From the NCBI GenBank assembly GCA_030770535.1, contig JASVEC010000015.1, positions 310,001-374,000 on the forward strand: a stretch of 64,000 nucleotides of DNA, written 5' to 3'. Shown here piece after piece: positions 1 through 13,443 of this stretch; position 1 is the stretch's first letter; every line of letters begins with the position of its first letter. The notes below the pieces were generated by a model. It saw only the letters and a program-made list of their open reading frames with translations. It made no database searches and had not been told where the DNA came from. Both the position numbers and the translations under genes were made by a program. This stretch comes from Batkoa obscura. Lineage: Eukaryota.

Positions 1-226
1 ATTTTATTTTGTTTGTTATACACGTTATAGGCTAAGGGATACAATTTATTAGTCTTAAAAGTAAAAGAACAAAGGACCCCACAAGCCTTATTTGTATTAT
101 AGCACCACACCAATTATAGTATGCAAAGAATTATTAATAATTACTCCTAAAAAAATATTAACTATAAATACCACATAATTCATTTGATTCTTTTTATTTT
201 TTCTAAATTATTTAAATTGATTTTAA

Positions 227-1126
227 ATGCAAACATATATCGAAACGATTATTAGTATTATAATATTTTCGTTAGAATTAATTGGGATTTTATTAAGCTT
301 ATTTTCTATTTTCTTAATCTATCAACAAGGTTATAAAACAATTGATATGTTATTAATTTCTACTATGGGGATATGTGATATTGGATTGTTATTATTTACA
401 TTAGGTATATGGATTTATTCTAAAGTATATGGCGATTCCTTCTATTCAAACCCAATATTTGGTCAACTTAATGGCTTATTTATATCTAGTTTAATAGTAG
501 CATCTATGCTAAGTGTATGTTATTTAGCATTAGCAAGAAGTTGGATTTTAATATTTAAAATTAAAATGAACAAATGGTTGTTTTTTATCGCTTATGTAAC
601 AACTATTTTATTGTTTATTACTCCGTTTATTTTATTAGTAATTAATTCAAAATATCAACTAATGCCATTTGGTGCTTACTATTTACCCTCCTTATTCAAC
701 TTAGATATCTATTCCAGACTAGCTTATTTTGTTATCTTTTCAGTTAATATAACTACTTTACTTATTTTATTAATTAGTTATACTTTCTTAACTAGAAACT
801 ATTTTTCCAATGTAGATTCTAAAATTTGTCATGCATCTGGATTTTACAAAGATCATTTTTTATTAAAAGCAAAAAGAAGAAAAATACAAACATTAATTCG
901 AATTATTATTGCATTATCACTTTATGTAGGAACTATTTTACCCCCTGCTGTAGTTTCTTTGAAAGAAATTGTTACAAATGAAGTGAGATCCAAAGAAGAA
1001 GATGTCACGTTTTTAATTTCCTCTTGTTTGTTTGTAATTGTTAATCCATTATCATTGATTTTACTTCATGAAGATTCTTCAAAATTAGCAATTAATTATT
1101 TTTATAAATTAATTAGGAAGAAATAA
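227..1126 (+). CDS. Rhodopsin-like (class A-type) 7TM G-protein-coupled receptor
   Basis: Intronless 299-aa ORF with seven hydrophobic segments; TM2 Asp (ICDIG), LALARS at the DRY-equivalent position, basic IC3 loop (KAKRRK) and TM7 NPLS. Confidence 0.75.
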   Translation: MQTYIETIISIIIFSLELIGILLSLFSIFLIYQQGYKTIDMLLISTMGICDIGLLLFTLGIWIYSKVYGDSFYSNPIFGQLNGLFISSLIVASMLSVCYLALARSWILIFKIKMNKWLFFIAYVTTILLFITPFILLVINSKYQLMPFGAYYLPSLFNLDIYSRLAYFVIFSVNITTLLILLISYTFLTRNYFSNVDSKICHASGFYKDHFLLKAKRRKIQTLIRIIIALSLYVGTILPPAVVSLKEIVTNEVRSKEEDVTFLISSCLFVIVNPLSLILLHEDSSKLAINYFYKLIRKK

Positions 1127-1415
1127 GAAAGTGGAAGGCTTTAATTGAAATTAATATTAATATTATAATAATTGATTTATTTTTTATTTTTCATTTTTTT
1201 CGTTATTGTTAGTATCGTTTGATGTTTAGTGTTTGAATGTAATTAAAAGAATTTATTAATTTTTAATTTTTATTATCTATTGATACTATCACTTATTGGA
1301 ATTTTATTTATATATTATTTATTCTTAATTGTTGGAACACTTTTAATTGAAATTAAAATAATGACACACAAAAGAATAAAATTATAAAAAAATAGCTAAA
1401 TATTCTTTTTAATAT

Positions 1416-1510
1416 GGGAATGTATTTTTTTGTTTAGGAGTTCTAACAATTTTCCGCTCAAATGGCGCTTAAAAAACAAAAAAAGTGATAAAGCCAAAAA
1501 AAACAACCTC
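1416..1510 (+). mobile_element. MITE copy (~97-bp family)
   Basis: Matches consensus GGGGATGTATTTTTGTGTTTAAGAATTTTACTAACAATTTTTCCACTCAAATAGCGCTTAAAAAATGGAAAAAGTAATGAAGYCAAAAAAACATCCCC; flanks ATAT/ATGT. Confidence 0.8.
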
Positions 1511-1782
1511 ATGTTTTAATATTTAATTCTTCTATTAAATTTTAAGTTAAACTCACTTTTGATAAAGATAAATATTAATCTAAAATCAGAAAAACAGATA
1601 TTAAAATTACGTTCTCTAATTTAAAAATTTAATAATAAAAAGTAATATAAAAATTGAAATTTATTGAAACAATACCAACAAACTCTTTTATGAAAACTAA
1701 AATAAGTCCATGCTAATAATTCATTTTTATAATAGAACGTAAAAAAAGTTTCTGGTACATAATTCACAATAAAAAGTGCATT

Positions 1783-4227
1783 TTAAGCCACTAAAAAGAT
1801 TTATTAACTTTAATTTTCATTCAAAAGTATTTTAAAAAACTTACCAGTTAATGCTTGAGCAGCATAAAATTGAACATCTCGATCTGAGTCCTTACTTAAT
1901 TTTTCTAATGTACTTTTGATTTCAACTAGAATTTCACTAACATCTTCTTGACAATTAGAAATTACATTTAAAATGGCTTTTAATGATTTAGCTGCATTAA
2001 ATCGAATATTTGGAATGGGATCATTGGCCAATTGAAATACTACTGGTAATATCATTTCTTTAACTACTTCTAAATTTAAAGAGGGAGAAATAATCTATAA
2101 AAATGAACACAATTAATTAATATAATCTCACTTGAATTTGAATTAAAAATAAACTTACAGTTATAGCAAAAATAGTAGTCATACGATAGAGATGATTAGG
2201 GTGAGTAGACATATTAAGTATTTTTGGTAAAATACTATTTTTAGCCCATTCTACACCAAAAGCTTCAGTAAGTTTACGTAAATTAACAATAGCAGCTTCA
2301 CGAATAGAATAAACAGAATCTCCTAACCAAGACATACATAAGTTGCCTAACTTTTCATTGAAAAATTCTTCTCCAAGTTGATTAGCTAATAATGGAATAT
2401 ATTCAATTATTGCTAAACGTACTCGCCATTGCTTATCTTCTGCTAATTCTACAATAGCTGGTAATAAAGATTGGGATAAAAGATCAACACCAATAACTAA
2501 TTAATATTCATTATTATTATGCTTTATGTTTTATGTTTTATATTTAAATTTACTCTTATTAACTTGCTCTAAACGAGATATAATATTCAACCTAACATCT
2601 GGAAACTCATCTTTAAGTAATCGTAAAAATAAGGGTAAAAGTCGTTCAATGGTTCTAAGAAATTAAACAATTAACATTAAAAACAATAAATAAATTAAAA
2701 ATTTACAAATCTTTTTCAAGGATAGGAGCTAATCCAGATATATTACTAGCTAAAGAAGCACGTACGTGTTGAGATGTATCCACTGTAAGTGTTTGTAATA
2801 TTGGTAATACATGATCAATAATTTTTTCAGTACCAATGATTTCACCAAATCCTATAGAAATATCTAATTAGTTCTGTTTTTAAGTATTACAACATGAACC
2901 TACCGGCAATTTGACCAGTAATAGAAACTCTAACTTCAGCTTCTTTATCACTTAATAAGGAGCAAAAAGTAGGTAATAAATCTTCAAATACTATTTTATT
3001 TGGAACTGATTTTGCTAACTTTATAAATTATCTAATAAAACAATTCATTTTTATAAGATAAAAATTAAACTTACTTTTACAAAATGTTCTGATACCATAT
3101 AGCGTACTCTCCATGATTTATCATTACATAAAGCTTGAATAGCTTTCCTTAAATGATTATGAATATCTTCTTCATCTAATTTACCACATATGGCAACTAA
3201 AGGTTCTACTGTTAATAATTTGACAGAATCCTGAAATAAAAATGATTGTTGTTATTATAATGTTAGTAAAGATATTAAACTAAATCTACTTGATCATCGT
3301 TAAGAAGACGATTAAATTGTGGTAAAATATCCGGTATAATATGTTCAGTATCAACAAATTCAATCAAAGACTACAAAATAATAGAAATTAATATCCTTAT
3401 CTTAAATTATATAATAGAATAACTTACAGAAAAATGAGTACCAGCAGCACGACGAACCATAGGAGTTTCATCATTACAAAGAGTACCATAAAGTCTAATA
3501 TATAAAAAAAACACATTAATAAACATTCAAAAAATTCCTTATCAAATCAGACTTACTTTCTCAATTCAGGTTTAAAATCATTACCACACTTACTATAAGC
3601 TTTAGAAAACAAACCTGCACTACTAGTTTTATTAGTAAACCAATTACCATTAGCTAATCGACGAATAACGGGTATAAAATAATCTTCAATTTGTTTTCCA
3701 GATAATACGTCACCAATTTTATTTAAGGATTCTACGGCCTATTTATTTATTTCATTAAGCATCACTATCTATGATAAAATGAAAATATATTAGAATTACT
3801 TTACTACGCACTGCAGTTTCTTCAACAATAGCTAAATTTTCTAATGGTTGTAAGATAAGATGAGCGTTATCATTACCCCCTACTAAAGGTACAAACTCGC
3901 CTAATTCTTCAGCTAAAATAGATAATAACTCATCTTCATCATCGATACTTTCTATATAAAATCAATCAATTAATATAACTCTCTCACATTCTTTTCATAT
4001 TTGAATTGAAATCATAATCGCCACTTACCATCCAAAAAAGGCAATAACTCCGTACGTGTACGTTCCGGTCCTAAAGCTAATGCAATAGTAGAAATCCGAC
4101 GTATGGCATTGATACGTAAACTGATATCTTCATGTTTTAACTCATCAATTAAAACAGCAATGGGGTATAAATTTTCATCCGTTTCAGTTGGAGTTGGGGT
4201 CCCAGCAGTAGTTACTTCAGGATTCAT
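1783..4227 (-). CDS. TPD3: Protein phosphatase 2A scaffold subunit A (HEAT repeats), multi-exon
   Basis: N-terminus [15 protein letters not shown]...[14 protein letters not shown] [13 protein letters not shown]-terminus [32 protein letters not shown]; many short GT-AG introns; last exon gives ...ALTVA* with stop at 1783-1785. Confidence 0.97.
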
Positions 4228-5109
4228 TTTGCTTCTTTCTTCTTTAAAATAAACAAGAGTTAAACAATGTAGTTATGATTTGTAATTTGTACTATTTGGA
4301 TTTAGATTTGGATTATAAATAATTTTTGTGGAGTAAATACCTTTTTTTTAAAAATAAAAAAACTTTGTTATTTACAAAAAAAGTTGGTCAATTTTAAACA
4401 TTTGTTAGTTAATTTTGCTGTTTAGAATTTAGCTTAATCTTTCTAAGCCAATCAAGGCTGTGTTTGAAATTCCTCTTTTTTTGGTTGATGATTTTTCAAT
4501 TATAATAGATCATCTCTTTTGATTGGTTTATTTCCTATTTAAATGCATTGGTTAATGGAAAAGGAGTGGATAGCTAGTTGCTATTATTGAATTAAAAGTT
4601 TAATCTGATTGTGTTTTATTAATAAGATTTACAACTCCTTAATAGCAATTAAAAACTAGTGAGGCGATGGGTACGGATATTTTAAAGATTGATTTAAATT
4701 TCAAATAAAATAATTTTTTTATTATGATCGGAAGTGAAAATAAATGAAAATATCATGAATAGTTAAACTAAAAAGTCATTATTTGCTAATTATTTTATGT
4801 TATTTTATTAATAATATTTATAATATTCATAACTCTTTTAACTCTTACCAAATCAGGCTAATTAGCCATTCAGTTTTTACCACTATCGCAGCAAAGTTGA
4901 TAGAATGATGAAAAATTTTATTTTATTTTATTTTATTCTTTATCATTTTTAAATCACATTTATTTTTCATTTTAAATTTACTTTAGAAAAAAAACGTCAT
5001 AATTTCCATCCATACTCAATATATTAAAACACACCTTTTTCAACCTTCAACTTTTTAAAATACACACTCGCACTCTTACCAATCTCTTGACTTTTAGATC
5101 AAATCAATT

Positions 5110-7279
5110 ATGTTATTACATCAACTGAAGATGAATCAATGTTCACAATTAAATAAAAGAATATATACAAATATTATACACTCATCACATAAAAATAAGC
5201 TCAATTTGAATTTCATAAACAATAATAAATTTCATTTGAAAAGAACAAGTAATTTTAAAAATGGATATAAAAGCAATAATCATTCATTCAACAATAATAT
5301 TTCTTTAATAATAAAAAGAAGTTTATTAACTACTGGTGGATTAATTTTAAATTTACAACAAGATTCTGAACCTTTACCTGACCTTATTACTATAAAAAAA
5401 CTCGAATCAACGAACATAATAATTCAATTATGGAATGAATTTATAATATTATTAGATCAATGGATAATTGAACCTATTAAAGTATCCTTTCGATTTTTAT
5501 ATTTAACTTATACATTTCTGCCTTTAATATTAACTTTTCCAATTGTTTATTATGGCGATAGAGTTATAGAAAAAGAAAATGAAACTATGGGTAGTTTATG
5601 GTGGTTTAATTTATTAAGACAATGTTTAGAAAAAGGAGGTCCTACTTTCATTAAAGTAAGTTTTATATTAATTTCAATCGAAAATACTAATAATTAAATA
5701 TTTCATTTTCTTGTTTTTTTAGTTAGGTCAATGGGCAGCATCAAGAACCGATATCTTTCCAAAACAATTGTGTTTTATATTAGCTCAATTACAAACCTTT
5801 GCTAAACCCCATTCTTTAGAAGATACTCGTAAAATTATATTTGAAACATATGGTTTGCCGATTGAAGATTTATTTGTTGATTTTGAACCAGAACCTATTG
5901 GCGTTGGAGCAATTGCACAGGTAATATATATATATAAAGGATTTATTAATAATATATTGTATTAGGTTTATAGAGCTAAACCAAAAACAAATTTTTCACC
6001 AATAGTAAAAAAAGATTCATTTGAATCTGAATTAGCTATAAAAGAATTAGAACTGAATAAACCCAATCCAGATTACGTAGCCATTAAAGTATTGCATCCC
6101 AATATCGATAAATTAATAAGAAGAGATTTATTAATAATGGATTTTGGTGCTAAATTAATATCAATAATACCTCATTTTCAATGGTTATCTTTAAGAGAAG
6201 AAGTAGCCACTTTTGGGTTAATGATGCAAGACCAATTGGATTTACGTAAAGAAGCCGAGAATTTATTGAGATTTCGAGATAATTTCAAAGATCGATATTC
6301 AATTAAATTTCCCCGTCCACTTGTTTTATGGACTTCTAAAAAAGTATTAGTAGAATTGTTTGAATTTGCTGTTCCAATGAGCTATTTTTTACAAGCAAAA
6401 AAAGCGACTCCATTTGATTTGAATATTTCAGCTATTGGATTAGATGCTTTTTTACATATGTTAATCTTCGATAATTTTATTCATGCCGACTTACATGCAG
6501 GTAATTTATTGGTAAGATTTTATCGACCTACAGCAGCATCCTTGTTAGACAAAATAATATCGCGAGTATTTAATTATCCAACAACAAATGAATCGGATGA
6601 AATTACTAAAATGTTATTAAATCAAAAAACAAGTAGTGAAGAATTTGATTCTGCAATTGATAAATTATATAATCAAGGTTATTATCCACAATTAGTTTTT
6701 CTAGATGCTGGTTTAGTAACCACTTTAGATGAACAAAATCGTATAAACTTTTTAGATTTGTTTAAAGCGGTAGCAGAATTTGATGGCTATAAAGCAGGTC
6801 AATTGATGGTTGAAAGAAGTCGTAATCCTTCTAGTGTTATCGATGGTGATATCTTTGCTTTGAAAATGCAACATTTAGTATTAGATATACGTAAAAAAAC
6901 ATTTCAGTTGTCTAAAGTTAATATTTCAGATATATTATCAAGGGTTATGACCATGGTACGCGAACATCAAGTTAAATTAGAGGGTGATTTTATTAATGTA
7001 GTAATAAGTATCTTAATTTTAGAAGGTATTGGTAGAAGTTTAAATCCAGAATTAGATCTTTTTAAAATGGCATTACCTGTATTAAGAGATTTAGGTATGA
7101 CTAATAGAGGTGAAAATGCATTAAAAAGTTTACCAGGTGGTGGTGGTAGTACCTCTTGGTGGTTAAAATTATGGTTTCAAATGGAAGCGAGACAGGTATT
7201 AAGTGGGATGGCTACGGATGGGGATGATGTTATGAAAGACTTTTTTGGGGAGTTTAAACCTATTTATTTAGATTTATAA
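5110..7279 (+). CDS. ABC1/UbiB (ADCK2/Cqd1-like) atypical mitochondrial kinase; exons 5110-5655, 5723-5920, 5966-7279
   Basis: GPTFIK|LGQWAASR, GAIAQ|VYRA, VAIKVLHP, HADLHAGN and FLDAGL motifs; introns 5656-5722 and 5921-5965 are GT-AG and keep the frame. Confidence 0.93.
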
Positions 7280-7408
7280 AAATAAATAAAAGGAAAAACG
7301 TTAAATAGAATGGAAATTTTTTTAAACTGAATTTTTTTTGAGTTTTTTTAAATTAAAATTTATATTTTACTTTTTTTAATCTTTTCTTATTTTACTATTA
7401 TTCAAATT

Positions 7409-7924
7409 ATGAACTGTAATCCACCAACTCAAACTCAAAATTTAACCCCATATTTTTGTGTATGTGGGGCTTTTTGTTTAGCTTTAGGTAATTCTATATT
7501 GTTCCACATAATCTCATCCTTTTAACTTATCAAAACAACTTAAATAAAGATAGAAAATTAGATTCCTTACCTCAACGTAAGATTGAGAACAGTTATATTA
7601 TAGATACAGAAAAAGTGAATTTTGAATCCAAGTTTGAACTAGGTCAACAGATTGCTCTAAAAAGGTAAGAAAAAAGCTTCAATAGCATTATTTATCATTT
7701 ATGTTTTTAATATCTTTATTGTTATTATGTATTCCATTGATAATTTATTTTAATCTCAATTTTTCTAATCTAGAGATGAAGGCATTGAATTACAATTTCG
7801 TTATCAATGTGATAATTGTGGATTATGGATAGGTTATCATTGTGATATTGAATTAAAGAAAAAAGAAGAACCTAAGTTTATTTACTTATATAAGGATGGG
7901 TTAATAGAAAAAACAATGGAATAA
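7409..7924 (+). CDS. STEEP1: STEEP1/CXorf56 (UPF0428)-like small zinc-binding protein; exons 7409-7487, 7550-7664, 7774-7924; absent from the ORF track
   Basis: Spliced translation YFCVCGAFCLALDRKLDSLPQRKIENSYIID...LKRDEGIELQFRYQCDNCGLWIGY matches the STEEP1 pattern YxCxCG..LD..L..LP.R...R..GIE.QYR..C..CGL. Confidence 0.85.
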
Positions 7925-8423
7925 ATAAGAGGATTTTGAATTGTTTCAGCTGGTTTGTAGGATTTTAATAAAAAGTAAATTTGTTTATGATCAAATATAT
8001 ATTTATATTGGTGTATGTTAGTAGTAATAGTAGGTGATATGGATTAATAAATAGAAACGGTATTCAATTAAGATTAAAAATTAGTTTTTTTTGGGAGGAT
8101 TTCATATTTACAATAATAATCCATCTAGTTAAAATCTTTGTTTTATAAATTAAATTATGTTTTTATATTGAAGTATTCACATAATTTAACATAATTAGTC
8201 TCTATTTCTACTTTGTTTATAATTCATATTACTATCTAATTAGTCGATTATACATTAAAATGATTTAAAATAATAATAAATTCTTTGATTCAATAGTTAC
8301 GTCATTTCGAAAAATCAACTATATTTTATTAGAATTTAAATTCTATAATAAAATTCAAAAAAATTTAGAGTTAAGAGTTGAGTATTTGGTAAAAGAGAAA
8401 AGAATATTAGAAATAGAATAGAA

Positions 8424-10694
8424 TTAGCAAAAGAAATAACTTTTGTTGACCAGAGCAGGGAAAGGGGAATCAGCATGAGTAATTTTAATAGTGTAAATAA
8501 CTTCAGAAGATAATGGAAAATCAAATGACCAAATTAAGACTTGGTAAAGTGGTTGATCAACTGTATAACCATCATATAAATTATTATTATTATTATCTCC
8601 TTTATTATTTGGATTCATTGCTGCTAAATTTAATTCCCAATGACCTTCATTAATTTGAACATTTAATTGAGTTGCAGGTGGGAAATGATGAACTGGTAAA
8701 AATAATTCACATTTATTGATCATTTTATCATTTAAATTGTCATTAATACTATTTTCAAAACCTTTAAAACTATAAGTATAATAAGGTACCCCTGACTTAT
8801 TATCTTTAGCTAATATAAATTGATGAGATAATGGTATACCCGGTGTAAATAAAGCATAAGGTCGAATAGCAGCTTCTAATGCTCTACCACCTTTATCTAA
8901 TGGAATAGTATATAAATTAAATTGATTGATATCAAATTCATGTTGATTTTTGCAATCTTTAGAATAAATCGATAAATCTTCCCGATTCCATAAATCTCCT
9001 TCTAAGTGATTATTATCAATACAATAATTCCATAACGTACACATACCACCAATCTGCTCTGTTGCATTTAAAGTAGCATCTAATGCATCAATTTGTTCTT
9101 TATAATCTCCATTTTTAAAGGCATTAGAATTGATCATATTAAATGGTATACCACATTCACCAATTAATAAAGGTGCATTAGGAAATGCTAATTTACCTTC
9201 ATTTGCTATCATTTCAATCATTTCTTCAAAACATTTACGTACATCTTTACGTCCTAATTTTAAAGCTTGCCCAATGAACCAGTATTTTCCTCTAATAAAT
9301 CCCAAATAATCAAATGTCCACCAATCAAATTTTAATGTTACTAAAGTTTTTCCATCATACCAGTGTGGGGAATATACAATATTCTCTATAGGATCTCCTT
9401 CTTCTTTTGTAAATTTAGGTGGTACTGCATTGACAGGTGGTTCAATAAAGATAATAATATCAGGTTGAATTGTCCTTACATAGGATGTAATTTTTCTTAC
9501 AAATGGTTTCCAAAAATCTTTTAAATAGTTATATTTGTTACCATTAATAGGATCAATTGAAAAATAATTAGGTAATAATGCTTTTTTAGTTCCTCTATCC
9601 CAAACTCCATGCATATGCCAAATACACTGTCCTTCTTTTTGCCATGGCTGCCAAGGTGGGAAAAACAAATTAGGTAATATACTCTCTCCTTCTTTTAACC
9701 ATACATTTTCTCCTTTTGGATCAACTCTTACTGTACCTTCTTTAACAAATCCAAATGTACTTAAACTATATTTAGCTACTTCAACTGAATTGCCTTCGCC
9801 TAATAAAAAACTTTCTAATACTGTAGGTGTTGGCCCATTTCTTGTTGATGTCATTGATATTAAAGGTAACTTTGTAATATCTTCTGTTTCAATAAAACCT
9901 TCAGATGGTTCATTTAATGTATCGATACCCAATACAACACTATTTAATAAACCTTCTTTGTATATTTTTGAAAATAAATATTGATAAGCTAAACAATATT
10001 TATCTTGTAAATAAGTTTGTATATTAACTAATTGATTTAATTTTTCATCATATATTGTACATTTAGGGGCTAATTTTTCACCAGCAAAAAATAAAGTAAA
10101 CATAGTAGCTGTAGCTAATCTACCATAGTTAGTTGGCCAAGTCATAATAGGATATTCCAATGGAGGGTCATGTTCAAACATAGTGACAGCTGAAATAGTT
10201 TGTTTAAATTTTCTTGGATCTAAACCAGCTAGATATAAAGTCCAATTAGGCATCCCACTACCACCACATAATCTAGACCAAGTATCTTGATGAGGATCAA
10301 TTAAACATTTTAAACCAAATTTTTTAAATAAAAATAATAATTTAATAATATAATTCATTTGATTTTCATCGTATTTACCAGGTCCTTGATGTTCAATACT
10401 TTCCCAAGGTACTAGTAAACGTAAAAAATTAAATCCCCAATAACGTAATCTTAAACAATGTTCTTCTGCTTCTGCTAGAGGTAATGGTTTTCCTATAAAA
10501 CTTAAATTATCAATGTCATATGCATCAATTCCGCTTGAGGTTGTCCAATTTACTGGTAATTTACTATTACCACCTAAGTTGATTCCTCGAAAACCTACTG
10601 TTCGATGACTAATAATATCTTTAAACCAACCACCTTCAATTTTAACTTTATTATTTTCAAATGGACCATTAATGCCTTCTGTTGCTTGTTTCAT
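8424..10694 (-). CDS. Glycoside hydrolase family 5, endoglycoceramidase-related (EGCrP/Egh1-type glucosylceramidase or steryl-beta-glucosidase)
   Basis: RGINLGG, WESIEHQGPGKYD, IDPHQDTWSR, acid/base NEP, SPHWYD, nucleophile GECGIP, WNY...WNREDLSI. Confidence 0.9.
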   Translation of the reverse strand: MKQATEGINGPFENNKVKIEGGWFKDIISHRTVGFRGINLGGNSKLPVNWTTSSGIDAYDIDNLSFIGKPLPLAEAEEHCLRLRYWGFNFLRLLVPWESIEHQGPGKYDENQMNYIIKLLFLFKKFGLKCLIDPHQDTWSRLCGGSGMPNWTLYLAGLDPRKFKQTISAVTMFEHDPPLEYPIMTWPTNYGRLATATMFTLFFAGEKLAPKCTIYDEKLNQLVNIQTYLQDKYCLAYQYLFSKIYKEGLLNSVVLGIDTLNEPSEGFIETEDITKLPLISMTSTRNGPTPTVLESFLLGEGNSVEVAKYSLSTFGFVKEGTVRVDPKGENVWLKEGESILPNLFFPPWQPWQKEGQCIWHMHGVWDRGTKKALLPNYFSIDPINGNKYNYLKDFWKPFVRKITSYVRTIQPDIIIFIEPPVNAVPPKFTKEEGDPIENIVYSPHWYDGKTLVTLKFDWWTFDYLGFIRGKYWFIGQALKLGRKDVRKCFEEMIEMIANEGKLAFPNAPLLIGECGIPFNMINSNAFKNGDYKEQIDALDATLNATEQIGGMCTLWNYCIDNNHLEGDLWNREDLSIYSKDCKNQHEFDINQFNLYTIPLDKGGRALEAAIRPYALFTPGIPLSHQFILAKDNKSGVPYYTYSFKGFENSINDNLNDKMINKCELFLPVHHFPPATQLNVQINEGHWELNLAAMNPNNKGDNNNNNLYDGYTVDQPLYQVLIWSFDFPLSSEVIYTIKITHADSPFPALVNKSYFFC

Positions 10695-11905
10695 ATTCTT
10701 TTTCTGTATTTATTGTTATGTAAATGTACTATAAAATGAAAAATATAGAAGAGAAAAAAGAAGATAAGGATTCGAATAGTAAAATAATAACAAAAGTGGA
10801 AAACCTTAATATTTATATTTATGAAGACTCAGTTTTGGTGGTGGTTAAAGCTAATGTGGTTTGCTTAAATAAACCAATGATCTAAATTGACCTTTTAACT
10901 AAGTTTATTTTTATTAGCTATCCTTTCTTAGTAATAAATAGTGATAATTATTAAAATAAGCCACCAAAATAATCTCACTTTGATTTATTTTAAGTTTAGG
11001 CTAAACTTGAAAATTGTATATTTTAAAAGTAGAATTGTTTATAAGAGCCATAATAGAAAGTCTTAATAAATTTATATGTGAATATTTATTTTATAAATGC
11101 TTAAGATGACTATCACTTTAATAATTTATAATTTATAATTTATAAATTAATATTAATATTTCAAAAAAAAAGCTTGGCTAATTTCATCATTTTTAAAATA
11201 TGCATAATTCCTAATTTATAGTAGCTACAACTCTTTTGTGATTTTATAGTATTAATTTTTATAAATAAATCTTTATATGGCAAATTTTTTAATGCCCGAG
11301 TATATACACTTAATATAATATAACGCTGATTTATTTTTTAAATGATCAACAAAATAATTCACCAAAGAGCTGTAACGGTCATAACTTTGAAAAAGTTCTT
11401 ATTCTGGAGAATAATAGTAATAAAAGAATTATTCTTTTTATTCTATAATTTAAAAGCTTATTTTATTTTTCAAATAATAAGACTTGGTTTTTTAAATAAT
11501 AAAACACTTGTTTTTTGTGTAAAACTTTCTATAATAATATTATTAATTGTTACTTGTAACGACAATAGAAAAACCCTTTTCCATATTTTTAACAGTGGTT
11601 TATAGAAAATATTATTATTTCACTTCACCCATGGCTTATTCATATGACTTTATATAAAAAGTAACAGGTGGTCATTGTCCTTATAATTTTTTTCAAAAGA
11701 ACTAAGGTTTCTACATCAAACCATATAGTAAAAAAACATCATTTCAATACAAAAAAAGAAAGATTTATCTGTCTTATTGATTCAGTCAATCATTTCATCT
11801 TACAACAGTTGACTAAAAAAGTTACTATAAATGGAGAAGTTTAAAGCTTGATTTAAAATTAAAAATAAAATTTTACAATTCACTTTTTTATCTATTTCCT
11901 TATTT

Positions 11906-11992
11906 GGGAGTGTATTTCTGTAAGAATTTACAATCTTTCTACTTAAGTAGCACTTAAAAAGTGAAAAAAGTGATGAAACTAAAAAAGTCCTC
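11906..11992 (+). mobile_element. MITE copy (diverged)
   Basis: Consensus match; TSD ATTT/ATTT. Confidence 0.75.
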
Positions 11993-12159
11993 ATTTATTG
12001 CAAATATTTTAAAAACTATTAAAAGTCGATAAGAAAGGTTCTATTGTAAGTTATTTTAAATGGGCAAATATGTTGATAGCACTTAGTGGTGGTTAAATTT
12101 ACAATTTTTGCTAAAAATGAACATTGGATGATTTAAACTAACTCAAATGCAAGGTTGGA

Positions 12160-12241
12160 TGTCAACTGTGGGGTTCGAACCCACGCCTCTCTCGAGATTG
12201 CATCTTAAGTGCAACGCCTTAGACCGCTCGGCCAAATTGAC
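12160..12241 (-). tRNA. tRNA-Leu (anticodon UAA), intronless, copy 1
   Basis: GTCAATT/AGTTGAC acceptor stem, A box TGGCCGAGCGG, anticodon arm TTGCA-CTTAAGA-TGCAA, long variable arm, B box GGTTCGAACCC. Confidence 0.97.
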
Positions 12242-12383
12242 ATGTTTACTAATTAAAAATAGTATTCTAAATATAAATCAAAAGCCTTTCTAAAATTTAA
12301 ACTTCTAAAGCTGATAAAGCTTTGAAATGATGTACTTTTTATAAGGTTTTATTGATATAAGTCCTTTCACTCAAATAACATTT

Positions 12384-12481
12384 GAGGATATATTTTTGTG
12401 TTTAAGAATTTTACTAACAGTTTTTCCACCCAAATAGCGCTTAAAAGATAGAAAAAGTAATGAAGTCAAAAAAATATCTCC
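12384..12481 (+). mobile_element. MITE copy
   Basis: Consensus match; TSD ATTT/ATTT. Confidence 0.85.
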
Positions 12482-12523
12482 ATTTAAAAAATAAAAAAGT
12501 GAAGAGACCAAAAAAAAATGTTT

Positions 12524-12730
12524 TGTGAAATATCGCTGTCAGCTCCATGATTGATTATAACATAGCAATCACTTAGGTTATTGTGTTCTCGATTTTAGAG
12601 ACAATTAATCCCACGCTCTTAGTTTGATTTGCTATGAGAATTTCTAGCTTCATTCCAGGGAATATTATCTTCTCGTTTTAATATTCATACTTATTAGAGT
12701 ACAAAAGAGATTTTAGAATTCGAGGGTTTT
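12524..12730 (+). repeat. LTR-like fragment, copy 1
   Basis: Starts TGTGAAATATCGCT; shares TTTGATTTG.TATGAGAATTTCTAG and GAATATTATCTTCTC with 49545-49727. Confidence 0.55.
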
Positions 12731-12815
12731 TTAGTTTCATTATTTTTCCATTTTTTAAACACTATTTGAGCGGAAATATTGTTAGTGCAATTCTTAAACA
12801 AAAAAATACATCTCC
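12722..12815 (-). mobile_element. MITE copy
   Basis: Reverse-orientation consensus match. Confidence 0.8.
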
Positions 12816-12915
12816 ATTTTGTTTAATTTAATTTACAATCTGGCTTGAACATAATGGAAGTCAAAACCTGCAGTATTAAATTTTAAAAGATAAATAGTAA
12901 ATACCATGAAAATAA

Positions 12916-12997
12916 TGTCAACTGTGGGGTTCGAACCCACGCCTCTCTCGAGATTGCATCTTAAGTGCAACGCCTTAGACCGCTCGGCCAAATTGAC
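12916..12997 (-). tRNA. tRNA-Leu (anticodon UAA), copy 2, identical to copy 1
   Basis: Same 82-nt sequence as 12160-12241, followed by TTATTTT on the minus strand (possible Pol III terminator). Confidence 0.97.
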
Positions 12998-13443
12998 TTA
13001 TTGATTTATGGACTAAAATATTTTAAAAAATACAAAACTGTATCCTTTTAAATCGTAGGTAAGTTAAATCATTAAGCATAATGTTATATCGTTTAAATCA
13101 TGTAAGCATCATTTTTGTTAAAATGACAAGCTATTTAAATTAAAAAATATCCTTTAGAGACTGATTTTGTTATACCAATTTTACAATTAAAAGTTGGAGA
13201 TCAAAAACCAAGCTTAATAAAAAGGATGTTGAAGCGTATAAATTTATAAATACGATAAACTTCGAATAAGATCAACTTTGTTAAAATAAAAAGCGAATTC
13301 TAACTTTTGATTAAAATTTACTAAATTTAGTTAAATTTATTAAAATTAAATGGAAATAAACTATAGTTTTATATTAAATTTTAATAGACATCTTATTATT
13401 ATTATTTTTTTATTTTATTTTTTTGTTTACTTAGTCAATTATT

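Noticed and set aside
11800..11994. Short ORFs at 11800-11994, 18142-18357, 30709-30960 and 51571-51756
   Set aside because: They run through MITE copies; their mutual peptide similarity is only translated repeat sequence.
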